Part shown: positions 9,284 through 19,694 of the stretch, piece by piece | Layout of the letters: every line of letters starts with the position of its first letter | Position numbering within the stretch: the first letter of the stretch is position 1 | Assembly: GCA_039818205.1 (NCBI GenBank) | Contig: JBCBUK010000001.1 | Span: 320,001 to 384,000, forward strand | Source: Verrucomicrobiota bacterium | Lineage (GTDB): Bacteria > Verrucomicrobiota > Verrucomicrobiia > Opitutales > Cerasicoccaceae | Reading direction: 5' to 3' | Length of the DNA: 64,000 nucleotides | The notes under the pieces: generated by a model | Databases searched by the model: none | Told to the model about the DNA's origin: nothing | The model's input: the letters and a program-made list of their open reading frames with translations, nothing else | Made by a program: the position numbers and the translations under genes

Positions 9284-10660
9284 CTAACCTCCGATGGACT
9301 CGAGAAGCGTTGGATATACATCAGTCGCAGACATCGGTTCGGAATCACCTACGAGCCCTTCCCCTATTAGAACCGGCCAGTCCATTGCGTCTTCCGGCAC
9401 GCGACCGTGAGAGCCTTTGACTAAACTAGCATCCAACGGAATGACATCCATGAGCGAGCGTAGGCCGAGTTTCTTCTTCAGCAAACGACTAGCGATTTGC
9501 AACTTTGGAAACTTTAGCTTGGGATCCACAAAGAGCTCCACTGGGTCATAGCCAATCTTTCGATGGATATCGACACACCTTGCAAAATCTGGTGCAACTG
9601 AATCTTCGAGCCAATAGTAATAGGTAAACCAACTTCGGGCATCGGCAACCGCGATCAGATCACCCGATCGCTCGTGATCAATGCCCCAGTGTTCTTTCTC
9701 CGGCTTCGCCAATACCTGACCTACGCCAACGGTTTGCTGAAGTAACTGATGCACATCATGCAAGATCTCTGAATCGTTGACGTAAATGTGCGCGACTTGG
9801 TGGTCAGCAATTGCAAAAGCCTGGCTCGCCCCACAATCAATCTGCTCAAGACCAAGTTCTTCCTTGATTTGAATCCAACCTTGCTCCCGGAAAAGACGGT
9901 TGAGGTGCACGGGTTGATCAACCTCCGTAATGCCGTACTCAGATAGCAAGATCACTTGAACCCCTCGTGATTTGTAAAAGTCAATCAAGCGCCCAACAAC
10001 GCGATCAATATCTTCCAAATCCTGATGAACACTCGGGTGATTCGGACCGAGGCGCTGAAAATTGTAATCGAGATGCGGTAGGTATACTAGATTCAGATCA
10101 GGTGTATGCTTCTCCTCCACCCATTCGGCGGAACGGGCGATCCATTCAGAAGACTTGATTCCCGCAAGTGGTCCCCAGAAAAACGGAAACGGAAACTCAC
10201 CGAGATCCGCTTTGATAGCTTCCCGCAAATCCATGGGTTGCGTGTATATGTCAAACACCTTGCGTCCATCAGCCGGGTACATCGGACGTGGCGTGATCGA
10301 GTAGTCGACCGACGCATACATATTATACCACCAAAACAACTTGGCACAGGTGAACTCTGGCGTCCTCTCGCTAAGGGCATCCCAGATCTTCGGTTGCGTG
10401 ATGATGTGATTCGATTGCTTCCAAAACCGGTGTTCGGCGTAGGTACGATCATACCACCCGTTGGCAACGATTCCATGATCGCGTGGAAGCGTCCCAGTCA
10501 AGTAAGTTGATTGGGCTGTGCAGGTCACGGCTGGAAACGCCGGTTTGATGCCTTTGCACGCACGCCCCTCTGCGAACTGGCGGATATTTGGGGTATGGGC
10601 ACCAATCAACGAGCGGGTTAACCCGACGACATTGATGACAGCTGTACGGGCAAGAGACAT
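9284..10660 (-). CDS. eboF: EboF-like nucleotide pyrophosphatase/alkaline phosphatase superfamily protein
   Basis: 'INVVGL', 'FPAVTCTAQSTYLTG...HGIVANGWY', 'YLPHLDY', 'LSEYG', 'VDIHRKIGYDPVELF', 'VKGSHG'; ebo gene context. Confidence 0.85.
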   Translation of the reverse strand: MSLARTAVINVVGLTRSLIGAHTPNIRQFAEGRACKGIKPAFPAVTCTAQSTYLTGTLPRDHGIVANGWYDRTYAEHRFWKQSNHIITQPKIWDALSERTPEFTCAKLFWWYNMYASVDYSITPRPMYPADGRKVFDIYTQPMDLREAIKADLGEFPFPFFWGPLAGIKSSEWIARSAEWVEEKHTPDLNLVYLPHLDYNFQRLGPNHPSVHQDLEDIDRVVGRLIDFYKSRGVQVILLSEYGITEVDQPVHLNRLFREQGWIQIKEELGLEQIDCGASQAFAIADHQVAHIYVNDSEILHDVHQLLQQTVGVGQVLAKPEKEHWGIDHERSGDLIAVADARSWFTYYYWLEDSVAPDFARCVDIHRKIGYDPVELFVDPKLKFPKLQIASRLLKKKLGLRSLMDVIPLDASLVKGSHGRVPEDAMDWPVLIGEGLVGDSEPMSATDVYPTLLESIGG

Positions 10661-11829
10661 TATGACTTTCGGCGACCAAGTTCTTCGACGCAGCTCAAAA
10701 CAAGGTTGGAGTCCATTTCATTAACCTCGACTTGGCGGCCAATGTCTTCGAGGAGCGGAATCGTCAACTTGCCACCAAGGTGTTCGCGAAATTCTTCAAG
10801 GCCTAGCAATATAGCCGACCAACCCTGCTGGTTGCTCTGAGAAAGTAGTTCGTCGAATGTCGGGAAGCCAAGGCGCTCAATTAATTGAATGATTCGCTCA
10901 AACTGCGCTTCACCTAGCAGGCCAACCCTCACGGAATAGAGCGAGTCGAGCGAAATCCCGATCGCGACTGCCTCGCCGTGACTCAGGGAGAAGTCGCTGA
11001 TGACCTCGAGTTTGTGAGCTGCCCAATGGCCAAAGTCCAGTGGTCGAGATGAGGTCAATTCAAACGGATCACCACTGGTCGCGATATGGTTGATGTGGTG
11101 TTTCGCCGAGGCTTCCACAACCTCTTGGACAATATCTGGATCTCGCTGAACCAACCCTTCAGCATTCTGTTCGATCCAGTCAAAAAGAACCCGATCCCGG
11201 ATCAGCGCGACCTTTACGGCCTCAATATAACCATCGCGTAACTGTCGAAACGGAAGCGTTTCCAGGAAGGCGGAATCATTGATCACCGCATCGGGTGGCA
11301 AAAATGATCCGATGAAATTTTTCTTACCCAGGAAGTTGACCCCGTTCTTAACCCCGCAACCACCGTCGCCTTGGCTAAGTGACGTTGTAGGCATTCGAAG
11401 GTGGCGAATGCCACGGTGGGCGGTTGCCGCGACAAACCCAACCAAGTCAAGCAACGCGCCTCCACCAATCGCTACAATACATGAATGGCGGCACAACTTG
11501 TGATCATCAACACAGCGGTACAACTGATCGAGCAGCTCGGGCGAATTCTTTAAGCCCTCGCCCCCTGGTAATACGAGACACCCAGTGAGCTGTATACTGC
11601 TTTCCCGCTCACTTAGGTAAGAGCGAATCTGGTCGCCAAGCGATGTCTCCTGACCATCGACCGAGGCATCTACCACGACAAACACCCGGGGCCTATCGTT
11701 GTGACACATCTCACAGATTAATTTCTCGAAAAGCGGGTTCTCCGGAGAGAATGAACCGCGGGTAAAATGGACTTGATGCCGGTAGCGAATGGGCAATTCC
11801 ACGTCGAAAGTGCGGTTACTATTGGACAT
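10660..11829 (-). CDS. eboD: EboD-like sugar-phosphate cyclase (3-dehydroquinate synthase family)
   Basis: 'GGEGLKN', 'AIGGGALLDLVGF', 'PTT', 'KNGVN', 'LDFGHWAAHKLE', 'HGEAV'. ATG at 11829 overlaps the eboC stop (TGATG). Confidence 0.85.
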   Translation of the reverse strand: MSNSNRTFDVELPIRYRHQVHFTRGSFSPENPLFEKLICEMCHNDRPRVFVVVDASVDGQETSLGDQIRSYLSERESSIQLTGCLVLPGGEGLKNSPELLDQLYRCVDDHKLCRHSCIVAIGGGALLDLVGFVAATAHRGIRHLRMPTTSLSQGDGGCGVKNGVNFLGKKNFIGSFLPPDAVINDSAFLETLPFRQLRDGYIEAVKVALIRDRVLFDWIEQNAEGLVQRDPDIVQEVVEASAKHHINHIATSGDPFELTSSRPLDFGHWAAHKLEVISDFSLSHGEAVAIGISLDSLYSVRVGLLGEAQFERIIQLIERLGFPTFDELLSQSNQQGWSAILLGLEEFREHLGGKLTIPLLEDIGRQVEVNEMDSNLVLSCVEELGRRKS

Positions 11830-12686
11830 CAGGTTGAAGGGATTTTCGTTTGGAACATTAGGGTCGTGATAAACAACAGACCAAAAATCGCTACCATGGG
11901 CAAGCCTAGCCATAGGCTCGACGCAACCATCAAGAGGTCCAAACAGATCATGCCCGCGATCAGGTTCTTTATCGTAAAGTCGACGTTTGGTGGTCGCCGG
12001 AAAGCACCACTTAAGCTGAAGGCACTCCAGGCGAGAAACGCCGCTAGCGCAAAAAGTGCTACCCCATTCGGTGTCTCCCATAGCAGGGCAATCCAATAGA
12101 CCGCTGGAGCAACGATGACGATTCCCGCAGTGATCAGTAGGCGCTTTGGGTTGCCTACTCCTCGCGCAACAAAGCTTAGACCCGCTGTGTAGCAAAACGA
12201 TGAAACCGCGGCAACCCACACGATCAACGGTACGCCGCCGCTCACCAAGGTAGCGGCCCAAGGAAAAATAAGCGCACGGCAAGCTGCCATAGTAAACGGA
12301 CTCCACGGGACCCCCTTGTGATGCAAATCATAGGCGATAATAAAGCCTAATAGCAGCAAGGTCCATCCGATCGATTGAATATCCACGATCAAGCAAATCC
12401 CAAGACCGACTATGAAATATCCTACCACCCAAAGCAGGACTGCTTTTCTCGAAATCAGCCCGGATGGTATCGGGCGCTCAATCCGATGAACCGCATCGAA
12501 ACTAACGTCCCGCCAATCGTTCAAATACATCCCGCCAGTATAAAACAAACTAACCGCAATAAGTGCGGGCAACAGGATCGCATAGTCCATTTCACCAACC
12601 AACAGGAAAGCGCACAAAACGTTGGACCACGTGGTGGCCAGATTGGAGGCCCGCGCCAAAGTCAAATGCGTACGGATTCCCTTCAT
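11829..12686 (-). CDS. eboC: EboC-like UbiA-family prenyltransferase
   Basis: 'LARASNL', 'YLNDWRDVSFD...RPIPSG', 'YDLHHK'; multiple TM helices. Confidence 0.85.
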   Translation of the reverse strand: MKGIRTHLTLARASNLATTWSNVLCAFLLVGEMDYAILLPALIAVSLFYTGGMYLNDWRDVSFDAVHRIERPIPSGLISRKAVLLWVVGYFIVGLGICLIVDIQSIGWTLLLLGFIIAYDLHHKGVPWSPFTMAACRALIFPWAATLVSGGVPLIVWVAAVSSFCYTAGLSFVARGVGNPKRLLITAGIVIVAPAVYWIALLWETPNGVALFALAAFLAWSAFSLSGAFRRPPNVDFTIKNLIAGMICLDLLMVASSLWLGLPMVAIFGLLFITTLMFQTKIPST

Positions 12687-12691
12687 AGACT

Positions 12692-13870
12692 TTAAGTCGG
12701 AACTTGTTCGCAATCCGATTCAAATGCCTTCAGGCACCAGTCGTATTCATTGACCAACTGATCAACAACCGAGGCTGCTCGCATGTGTTCTGGTAGCACC
12801 TCCCATGTATAGGTCTCAAATTCAAAATGTTGGCAGAGGCTTGGGTGATTCTGGCAGTAGGCAATCGTATCTTTCAGGTGCTCGGAGGTCGTCCCAAGAA
12901 ATTTTTCGGGCTTTGTATACAAGGGAATGTGAAAGTGAATGCGCCACTCATCGTTTGGATCGATCAAACACGCCTCGGCATCCAAAGCCAAGTCCAGGTC
13001 TTGCCAACGCATCAACTGGCCATCAGCCCGTCGGGAAACGACCTGATGAAGGTATACTGGGTCCACGAACTCCTGGAGCCGCCGCAATACCTCGATGCTT
13101 GGGCGCACGGCTAGCGCTGAACTCAAGTGGATCTTACTAATCCGGATCTCGTTGTCGGCGAGCGCGGCGAGGCTCTCGGTCGCATCCTCGAACTGAATCG
13201 CCATGTGGCAGGTATCGTAGTTCACGCCGATTCTCCGTTCGATCACCGTTCGATCAGGTGCGAAGTTTCGAAGCGTGTCGAAGAAGGCAATGGTTTCCTC
13301 AGTCGTTTCAAAGTACCCGAATGGCTCAGGCTCCAGGCCAAGATGCAGATCAACTCCATGCTCCCTGCTTAGGTCTTCAATGGTTTGCGCACAAGCAACG
13401 AGGTTTGCACACATCCGCTCAACCGGTCTATCGCCAGAAATAAAGGGTTTAAACGATCCGGGTAAGGTGCTGACACTTCCACTAGCGCCGGTCGGTAGTA
13501 GTTGTACCAATATGCGAAACAACTGCTGAGTATACTCAAGGCGTTCTTGCGTCTGCCAATCTGGTTTATAGACGTTTTCTTTTACGCGGGTACCGTGAAA
13601 ACTGCCATAAGGGAATCCGTTGATCGTGAAAACATAACAATTGTTCTGATCGAGCCATTGGCGAAACGCTGCGATTCGCCGCGGATCACTCAACTCCTCG
13701 GCAGCAACATGGCTCAACCGTAGCCCGATGCCAAAGGGCGAATCGCCCGGACACACTTTTTTTCGAACCGCCAAGGTATGGGTATCCAAGCTCGCGAAGG
13801 TCTCCGCCCAATTATCCCCTCGATGGATATTTGTTGAATACCCAAGGTGCGCTCGCTCAAGTAACTTCAT
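12692..13870 (-). CDS. eboE: EboE TIM-barrel (xylose-isomerase-like) protein
   Basis: 'YSTNIH', 'GIGLRL', 'TINGFPYGSFHGTRVKENVYKPDW', 'LEPEP', 'DTCH', 'WRIHFHIP', 'EFETYTW'. Confidence 0.9.
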   Translation of the reverse strand: MKLLERAHLGYSTNIHRGDNWAETFASLDTHTLAVRKKVCPGDSPFGIGLRLSHVAAEELSDPRRIAAFRQWLDQNNCYVFTINGFPYGSFHGTRVKENVYKPDWQTQERLEYTQQLFRILVQLLPTGASGSVSTLPGSFKPFISGDRPVERMCANLVACAQTIEDLSREHGVDLHLGLEPEPFGYFETTEETIAFFDTLRNFAPDRTVIERRIGVNYDTCHMAIQFEDATESLAALADNEIRISKIHLSSALAVRPSIEVLRRLQEFVDPVYLHQVVSRRADGQLMRWQDLDLALDAEACLIDPNDEWRIHFHIPLYTKPEKFLGTTSEHLKDTIAYCQNHPSLCQHFEFETYTWEVLPEHMRAASVVDQLVNEYDWCLKAFESDCEQVPT

Positions 13871-13873
13871 GGC

Positions 13874-14686
13874 CTAATCTAGTTCGAGGCGGAAATTCGG
13901 GCACTGACGCAAGAATCGAACCGGGTTCTGATATACAAAGCGGTCAATCGCGCCGTCGTCAAATCCGCGCTTTCGGAGTTCCAAGATCGCCTTCGGCAAT
14001 GACAAGGGATCACTAACTCCCCAATCGCAGGCGGAATTCATCCAAATACGATCAGTGGAGCCAAAGTGCTCAAGCATGTCCACCGCCCGCGGTGGCGTGC
14101 ACTTTGATTCCGGGTATAGCGTGATACCTGCCCAAAACCCGAGGTCTAAAACCATTTTGACCGTATGCTCTTCTACATGATCGATCAGCACTCGGTTTGG
14201 CTCGATTCCCGGAAACTGCCCGAGAATATCGACAATCAATTTTGTGCCCTTGCGCTTGTCTTCAAGGTGCGGCGTGTGGATCAGGATCAATTGATTATGA
14301 TCGATCGCGAACTGAACCTGCTCCTCAAAAATTGTAACCTCATTCTTGGAGTTTTTGTTCAGACCAATTTCCCCGATACCGAGCACATTCTTGTGGTGTA
14401 TGAATTCGGGGATAAGACCAATAACCTCACGGGCAAAACCAACGTCCTCTGCTTCCTTCGGATTGATGCAGAGCCAACAATAGTGTTCGATGTGAAAGCG
14501 CGCGGCACGCTTTGGTTCATACTCCGTAAGCTGGCGGTAGTAGTCATAAAATCCAGCGGCCGAACTGCGATCGAATCCTGCCCAAAAGGCCGGTTCGCAG
14601 ATGGCCCGACAACCTGCAATTGACAGGGCTTGATAGTCATCCATTGTCCGGCTGACCATGTGGGCATGCGGTTCAATATAGCGCAT
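13874..14686 (-). CDS. eboB: EboB-like TatD-family metallohydrolase
   Basis: 'EPHAHMVSRTMDDY', 'GEIGL', 'IHTPH', 'IDH', 'NSACDWG'. Confidence 0.88.
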   Translation of the reverse strand: MRYIEPHAHMVSRTMDDYQALSIAGCRAICEPAFWAGFDRSSAAGFYDYYRQLTEYEPKRAARFHIEHYCWLCINPKEAEDVGFAREVIGLIPEFIHHKNVLGIGEIGLNKNSKNEVTIFEEQVQFAIDHNQLILIHTPHLEDKRKGTKLIVDILGQFPGIEPNRVLIDHVEEHTVKMVLDLGFWAGITLYPESKCTPPRAVDMLEHFGSTDRIWMNSACDWGVSDPLSLPKAILELRKRGFDDGAIDRFVYQNPVRFLRQCPNFRLELD

Positions 14687-14690
14687 CTGA

Positions 14691-14954
14691 CTAAGCTTTC
14701 TTATAAGCGCCCAAGGCGGGTCCGAGTGTCGCTTCGGCGAGCGGCTCTTCGCTCATATCGCTGAAGGCGTTCAGAATCGACTCGGCGCGACTCTCTTTGC
14801 TCAAACATGCCAGGGCCTCTTGGAACGCGACATATCGGAAGTCGTCGGTCTGCCCTGCCCGCTCAACGCGGTCCATGAACGCGGCGATATCAATGAGCTT
14901 GGACCGGGCGTCCATGAAATACAAATCTACTAACTGATGATTACTCTTGGCCAT
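14691..14954 (-). CDS. Small helical hypothetical protein in the ebo operon
   Basis: 87-aa ORF tightly packed between neighbours (gaps of 4 and 20 nt); 'YFMDARSKLIDIAAFMDRV'. Confidence 0.7.
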   Translation of the reverse strand: MAKSNHQLVDLYFMDARSKLIDIAAFMDRVERAGQTDDFRYVAFQEALACLSKESRAESILNAFSDMSEEPLAEATLGPALGAYKKA

Positions 14955-14974
14955 TTAACTAAGGGGTTATGGCA

Positions 14975-16165
14975 CTAGAGCTTAGGATAAATAATCTCCA
15001 ATGCGAGCAGAGAGTATGCGGATACAATGTTTGGATCACTTTCCATCCAACGCCCGTTTTCGTTGACCCAAAAGCCCGGATGTTTTTGCAGAGAAAGCAA
15101 CTTTTCAGCAAGTGCTTTTCGCCAGTTGATTTTGCGGCCGTCTTCCAAAATCAGAATATCCTCACCATAGGCATCTAACGCCTTTGCCATGGTATAGTAG
15201 TAGTAATATAGGCCTTGCTTGCCCATATTAGGATTTTCTTCGAGCGTGTAATGGGCCGTCAACCAATCGACGGCAGCTTGCACGCGGGGATCATCTTTGT
15301 CCACTCCAGCATAAAGGAAACTCATCAGCCCGGCATAGCTCATACTCCCATAGGAGCGGAGCGCGGTCTTACCGGAAGGAAGTTCGACGGGCCCCGCCTT
15401 GCTATCTCCCGGAAAATAGACAAAACCGCCCTGGTTGTCCGGATCGCCACTAACCCATTCCTGATGATTGGTTTCGGGCAGGTTTTGGCAATTTTCGACG
15501 AAGCTGATGGCTGCTTCCCAGTCGAGGTCGTAGTGCATCTCGTTGCGCTTAGCAAAGTCTTTGGTTTCGTAGAGAGCCTGGACCGCGAGCGACGTGTTCG
15601 ACATGTCTGAGTGCTCATAACTGTTGCCGTAGCCAATCCCACCCGAAAGAGCTTGGGTATCTGCGGTTGCATAAACCTGTTGCTGGTCGACTAAGAAGTC
15701 CCGTGCGGAACCAATGACCTCTTCCATCTTTTTGCTGTCCCAGTTGGGCAAATCGGTCTCAGCCCCGATTTTGTCGCGAAAAACGTTTAAAAACATCAAG
15801 GAGATCGCCGTGTTGTAGGAATAAAGACCGCGGTTATAGATGCCCCCGTCGGGCTTAACGCTTTCCGAGATATAGGCTAGTCCTTTATCAACGGTGTCTG
15901 ACTGCCGCCACTTGTCGGCATCGACCGGTGTTTCCAAGTAGGCCCTTAATACCAACGCCGATAAGTCCGGGTAATCGGGAGCCGACCAAAACCCACCTGA
16001 ATCCTGATTGTCGGCAAGGTAGACGAGACAACGATGAATCGCACCTTCTACTTCGTAACGCAACGACACGTCGCTGGCTGGAGCCTGCGCCTTCGCCAAA
16101 CATGCTGCAAATATGATGATGGAAGTCGAAAGGCATGACTTCGCCGATGGGATTATTTTCTTCAT
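14975..16165 (-). CDS. Secreted prenyltransferase/squalene-oxidase-repeat (terpene cyclase/mutase fold) protein
   Basis: Signal peptide, QW-like repeats ('NQDSGGFW', 'KPDGGI', 'LQKHPGFW'), 'SDMSNT', 'YGSMSYAGL'. Confidence 0.75.
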   Translation of the reverse strand: MKKIIPSAKSCLSTSIIIFAACLAKAQAPASDVSLRYEVEGAIHRCLVYLADNQDSGGFWSAPDYPDLSALVLRAYLETPVDADKWRQSDTVDKGLAYISESVKPDGGIYNRGLYSYNTAISLMFLNVFRDKIGAETDLPNWDSKKMEEVIGSARDFLVDQQQVYATADTQALSGGIGYGNSYEHSDMSNTSLAVQALYETKDFAKRNEMHYDLDWEAAISFVENCQNLPETNHQEWVSGDPDNQGGFVYFPGDSKAGPVELPSGKTALRSYGSMSYAGLMSFLYAGVDKDDPRVQAAVDWLTAHYTLEENPNMGKQGLYYYYYTMAKALDAYGEDILILEDGRKINWRKALAEKLLSLQKHPGFWVNENGRWMESDPNIVSAYSLLALEIIYPKL

Positions 16166-16180
16166 GATAGATCCTTGAAG

Positions 16181-16879
16181 CTAGTTTTTGAATTGGGGTC
16201 GAAGTCGCAGCACAACATCTTCACCTACCGTTTCCAGTTTTTCCTGACTTAGACGCCAATTGAGCTCGTTGTTCGCATGGCTATAAACATCCGCAAGGCA
16301 GAGCACTTCGTCACCAAAACTCGAAAGGCTAATGAAATTCCCACTTGCGTCGGCCAGGTAGATGGCTGGATTGCCCTCAACTTTCGAAGGAACGATACGC
16401 GAACCTGCGAACAGGAACGGCTGTTCCTCAAACGGCTTCCCCTCGCGATCCTCCAATAGCTGGCTAATGGGAATCTCCTGCAATTCTTCATCAGAATCCA
16501 GATAAACGATTGATACATCAATGGGTTGGCCCGCAGGTAGAATATCACGCCAACGGGTTTCGCTTTCATCAATCGCTTCGCGCATGTGCGGATTGCCGGG
16601 CTTGGCCCCCATCAGCACGAGCATGAAGTGCACGTCCCGAGCCTTGGGTAGGATGCTAACCACCGACTCGTGTTCTTTGGTCCCTTCAGTGCACGCAACA
16701 AGTTCCAGCATATCATCGTGATCACAGACTCTTGCGTCGACATCAACGTACCGGTCAACGGCATGCATGCGCACGTGGGGCATGGTCGAAAACTCAACAA
16801 TGTGCTCTTTGGCCTCGTCACTCGCAATGGAATTGTTGGCCATCGTCCAAGCGATAGCCAAAAATAAAAAATACTTCAT
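16181..16879 (-). CDS. YdjY-domain-like secreted protein
   Basis: Signal peptide 'MKYFLFLAIAW...', 'LELVAC...TKEHES', 'HFMLVLMGAKPG', 'FLFAGS', 'YLADASGNFIS'. Confidence 0.6.
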   Translation of the reverse strand: MKYFLFLAIAWTMANNSIASDEAKEHIVEFSTMPHVRMHAVDRYVDVDARVCDHDDMLELVACTEGTKEHESVVSILPKARDVHFMLVLMGAKPGNPHMREAIDESETRWRDILPAGQPIDVSIVYLDSDEELQEIPISQLLEDREGKPFEEQPFLFAGSRIVPSKVEGNPAIYLADASGNFISLSSFGDEVLCLADVYSHANNELNWRLSQEKLETVGEDVVLRLRPQFKN

Positions 16880-17404
16880 ACGGTGATTACAGTCAATGTT
16901 CACGTTTTGATGAATTCCATACTCAACCACTGTAGCCTCATTTCAACAGATTTCTAAGCCTAAAAACAAAAAAGCAATCCGATACAGGCCTGATGAGACC
17001 TAGTCGTTTAACCGATTCGTAAATAATTTCTAAAACCCGCGAGGCAATCAATGAACACGGACGTTGAGAATTACGCCATGATCAGGAGGTATACTGACTA
17101 CGACATCATGTATATGCTGCTGATGACACTTCGTTAGTATTTGCAGAACGCACGGAACTCCAATCCGTTAAGATTGGCAGAGCCCCGATACATCTCACGA
17201 TTCTAATCGTTTTTGGGCGGAGGCCTGAAATTTAGATATCAGGAAGGCGCCGGATCGCTCCCAGGATTCGTTGCTATTCGTCGGTTCGAAAATCGACGGG
17301 CTCGCTAGGCTTGCGGATCTGTTTCTAAAATACCGACTAAAAATGGAAGCATTCGGGGCTATTTCTTGATTTGTCAGCGGCGACTTTTCATCTAATGTTG
17401 CGGT

Positions 17405-18514
17405 ATGAGAACTGTCCTGTTTTGCTTGTTCATTGGTTTTTCCGCGCTCAACGCCGCCCTCGTTGACGTATACTTCAGCACTCGCGGCGAACCAGCGGAG
17501 GGAATTTATCGGGCTAAGTTTGACGATACCAAAGGAACGCTCTCGGACATCGCCGTTGCCATGCCTATGCAAGGCAGCAATTTCTTAGCTTTCCATCCGG
17601 ATAAAAACATACTCTACGCCGCCGGGAAAGTAGATGGACAGGACGCCATCATTGCCATGATCGTTGATGGAAAAGGCTGGCTCAATATTCTGAACGCACA
17701 GCCCATCGAAGGCGGAGGCGCCGCGCACCTTTCGGTTCACCCGAGTGGAAAATTTTTGATCGCAGCGCAATATGGTGGAGGCTCCACCTCCGTCTTTCCT
17801 CTCGGAGATAATGGTTGGATCAAAAAGCAAACCGCCCGCCTTAAGCACACCCCAGAGGACCCCAATCAACCGATGAATCGGAAAGGCCCTCACCCGCACT
17901 GGACAGGCTTTTCTCCGGATGGCCGGTTTGCCTTTGTACCTGACCTGGGCCTTGACGAGATCGTCGTATACGAGGTGCTTGAAAACGCACCCTTCCTGGA
18001 ACCATCCTCACGCGCCAAGTCAATCGCCGGTGGTGGTCCTAGACATTTGCGATTCTCGACCGATGGGAAATTCGTCTTTCTCCTCAATGAACTATCACTC
18101 TCGGTAACAACCTTCGCCTACGATGCCGACACTGGAGAGCTCACTAAAATGACCACCGCCCCTGCCCTCACCGAAGAACAGAAAGCCGGGGAGTCTTTCA
18201 ACACGGCTTCCGAGATCTTGGTCCACCCAAATGGACAGTTCGTTTACTCGGGCAATCGTGGAAACGACAGCGTCACCGCCTACCGTGCGACTCCAGAAAC
18301 GGGTGAGTTGGAAGTTATCGAAGTTGAGCCAATTCGTGGCGCCTGGCCACGGAACATCAACCTGGATCCCTCAGGCCAATGGCTCCTAGCCGCTGGCATG
18401 CACTCTAATACCATTTCAGTCTTCTCAATCGATCCCGAAACCGGCGAACTGCAATATCCCCGTGGACGCATTTACTCGATCCCGCGAGTAAATTGCATTC
18501 TATTCAACGACTAG
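17405..18514 (+). CDS. Lactonase family beta-propeller (6-phosphogluconolactonase/cycloisomerase-2-like), exported
   Basis: 'PHPH', 'PDLGLD', 'GGGPRHLRF', 'NRG', 'WPRN'; N-terminal signal. Confidence 0.88.
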   Translation: MRTVLFCLFIGFSALNAALVDVYFSTRGEPAEGIYRAKFDDTKGTLSDIAVAMPMQGSNFLAFHPDKNILYAAGKVDGQDAIIAMIVDGKGWLNILNAQPIEGGGAAHLSVHPSGKFLIAAQYGGGSTSVFPLGDNGWIKKQTARLKHTPEDPNQPMNRKGPHPHWTGFSPDGRFAFVPDLGLDEIVVYEVLENAPFLEPSSRAKSIAGGGPRHLRFSTDGKFVFLLNELSLSVTTFAYDADTGELTKMTTAPALTEEQKAGESFNTASEILVHPNGQFVYSGNRGNDSVTAYRATPETGELEVIEVEPIRGAWPRNINLDPSGQWLLAAGMHSNTISVFSIDPETGELQYPRGRIYSIPRVNCILFND

Positions 18515-18542
18515 TCCTGTCCGAAATTATGGTGCCGATAAA

Positions 18543-19676
18543 CTAGCGGCCAGACTCTAACACGCGAGCCCGACCAATCGCCGCCCCTTGGGAATAGTGA
18601 GTATCCACCTTGGCGGTCAACTCTACCTGGCTACCCCCTTGAAAGACCAAAATAAAATCGGAACCGCCGAACTGAAAATACCCGAGCTCTTCCCCCTTCG
18701 CCAGGCTCTGGCCGACTTCCGCGGTCAACACGATCGAGGACACCTGAGCCATTCCAACCGGAACACACGCGACCAGCCCGATTGGTGAGTCGAGCACAAC
18801 GATTCCGCGCATCTGCACGAACTGGTATCCCAGCCCATCGTCCGCATTTAAGACATCGACTGCCACACCTTGAGTCTGTTTCTGTTGAATGCTAACATCT
18901 AACCGAACTTGCCCGGGAATCACACGAGCTTCCAAGACCCTTCCGGTGACGGGCGAATGAAAGCGATGATAGTCAAAATTGTTCAGGAAGCAGTGAGTAA
19001 ACAAGCCATCAGCAAATGCGTTGGAGTATTGGCTTCCAGCGAGCAGCTGATTGAGCGTCCACTTGATACCTTTAAGATTGAGTGAGGAATCCTCAACTTC
19101 GATCGCTGCGTTTGAATCGATCCGCCATTGCTCAGCGAAAGTGGAATCTGCCGGTGAGACAATCACCGCATTGTTTGCCGGCTCCGCGACTGGTCGCCGA
19201 CCTGGTTTCGTGTGCCGCGCGAAGAATTGATTGAAGGTCAGGTATCCGCTCGGTGGTGGCATATAGTCATCCCAACGAAACATGGGAGCGTTCTGAAACA
19301 TCGCAATGTCGACAGCCGACTCAGTCGAATCCATGAACTTGCCCCAAGCCTTAGCATAGTCGACCATCCATTGAGACAACGGCGACAGCTGGCTGAGCTC
19401 ACCCTGAGCGACTGGGCTTTGAAGCCTGGCCAATGGCTCCTGGTCGAGGACAAAATAGAACGAAACGATTTTCTCGTAGATCAGCATCTGCTCACCCTTT
19501 TGAGTCGGCGGCCAAGACAGTAGCTCATCAATGAACGCCAAATAATCATCGGTCGTCTTGATTCCTGAAAGACTGGGCAAGCCAGTCTGATTCGCTAGCG
19601 CTACCGCCTGTTGAAAGTCACTCTCCCATCCCTGGGCGGAGATCAATCCAACGAGTTCATTAACAATCGGCTTCAT
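18543..19676 (-). CDS. Phosphatidylserine-decarboxylase-family pyruvoyl enzyme with helical N-terminal domain
   Basis: 'TFNQFFAR', 'SPADS', 'DYHRFHSPV', self-cleavage motif 'GYFQFGGSD'. Confidence 0.82.
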   Translation of the reverse strand: MKPIVNELVGLISAQGWESDFQQAVALANQTGLPSLSGIKTTDDYLAFIDELLSWPPTQKGEQMLIYEKIVSFYFVLDQEPLARLQSPVAQGELSQLSPLSQWMVDYAKAWGKFMDSTESAVDIAMFQNAPMFRWDDYMPPPSGYLTFNQFFARHTKPGRRPVAEPANNAVIVSPADSTFAEQWRIDSNAAIEVEDSSLNLKGIKWTLNQLLAGSQYSNAFADGLFTHCFLNNFDYHRFHSPVTGRVLEARVIPGQVRLDVSIQQKQTQGVAVDVLNADDGLGYQFVQMRGIVVLDSPIGLVACVPVGMAQVSSIVLTAEVGQSLAKGEELGYFQFGGSDFILVFQGGSQVELTAKVDTHYSQGAAIGRARVLESGR

Positions 19677-19694
19677 CGGCAGTTTCTCGGATAC

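Noticed and set aside
10660..11829. Housekeeping aroB
   Set aside because: Its position among eboB/C/E/F favours the EboD cyclase paralog.
11830..12306. N-terminal extension of the 548-aa ORF (eboD)
   Set aside because: It overlaps eboC in another frame and is not protein-like; the ATG at 11829 couples to the eboC stop.
17051..17137. 28-codon ORF (MNTDVENY...) with an upstream GAGG in the intergenic region
   Set aside because: Too short to support without conservation or expression data.
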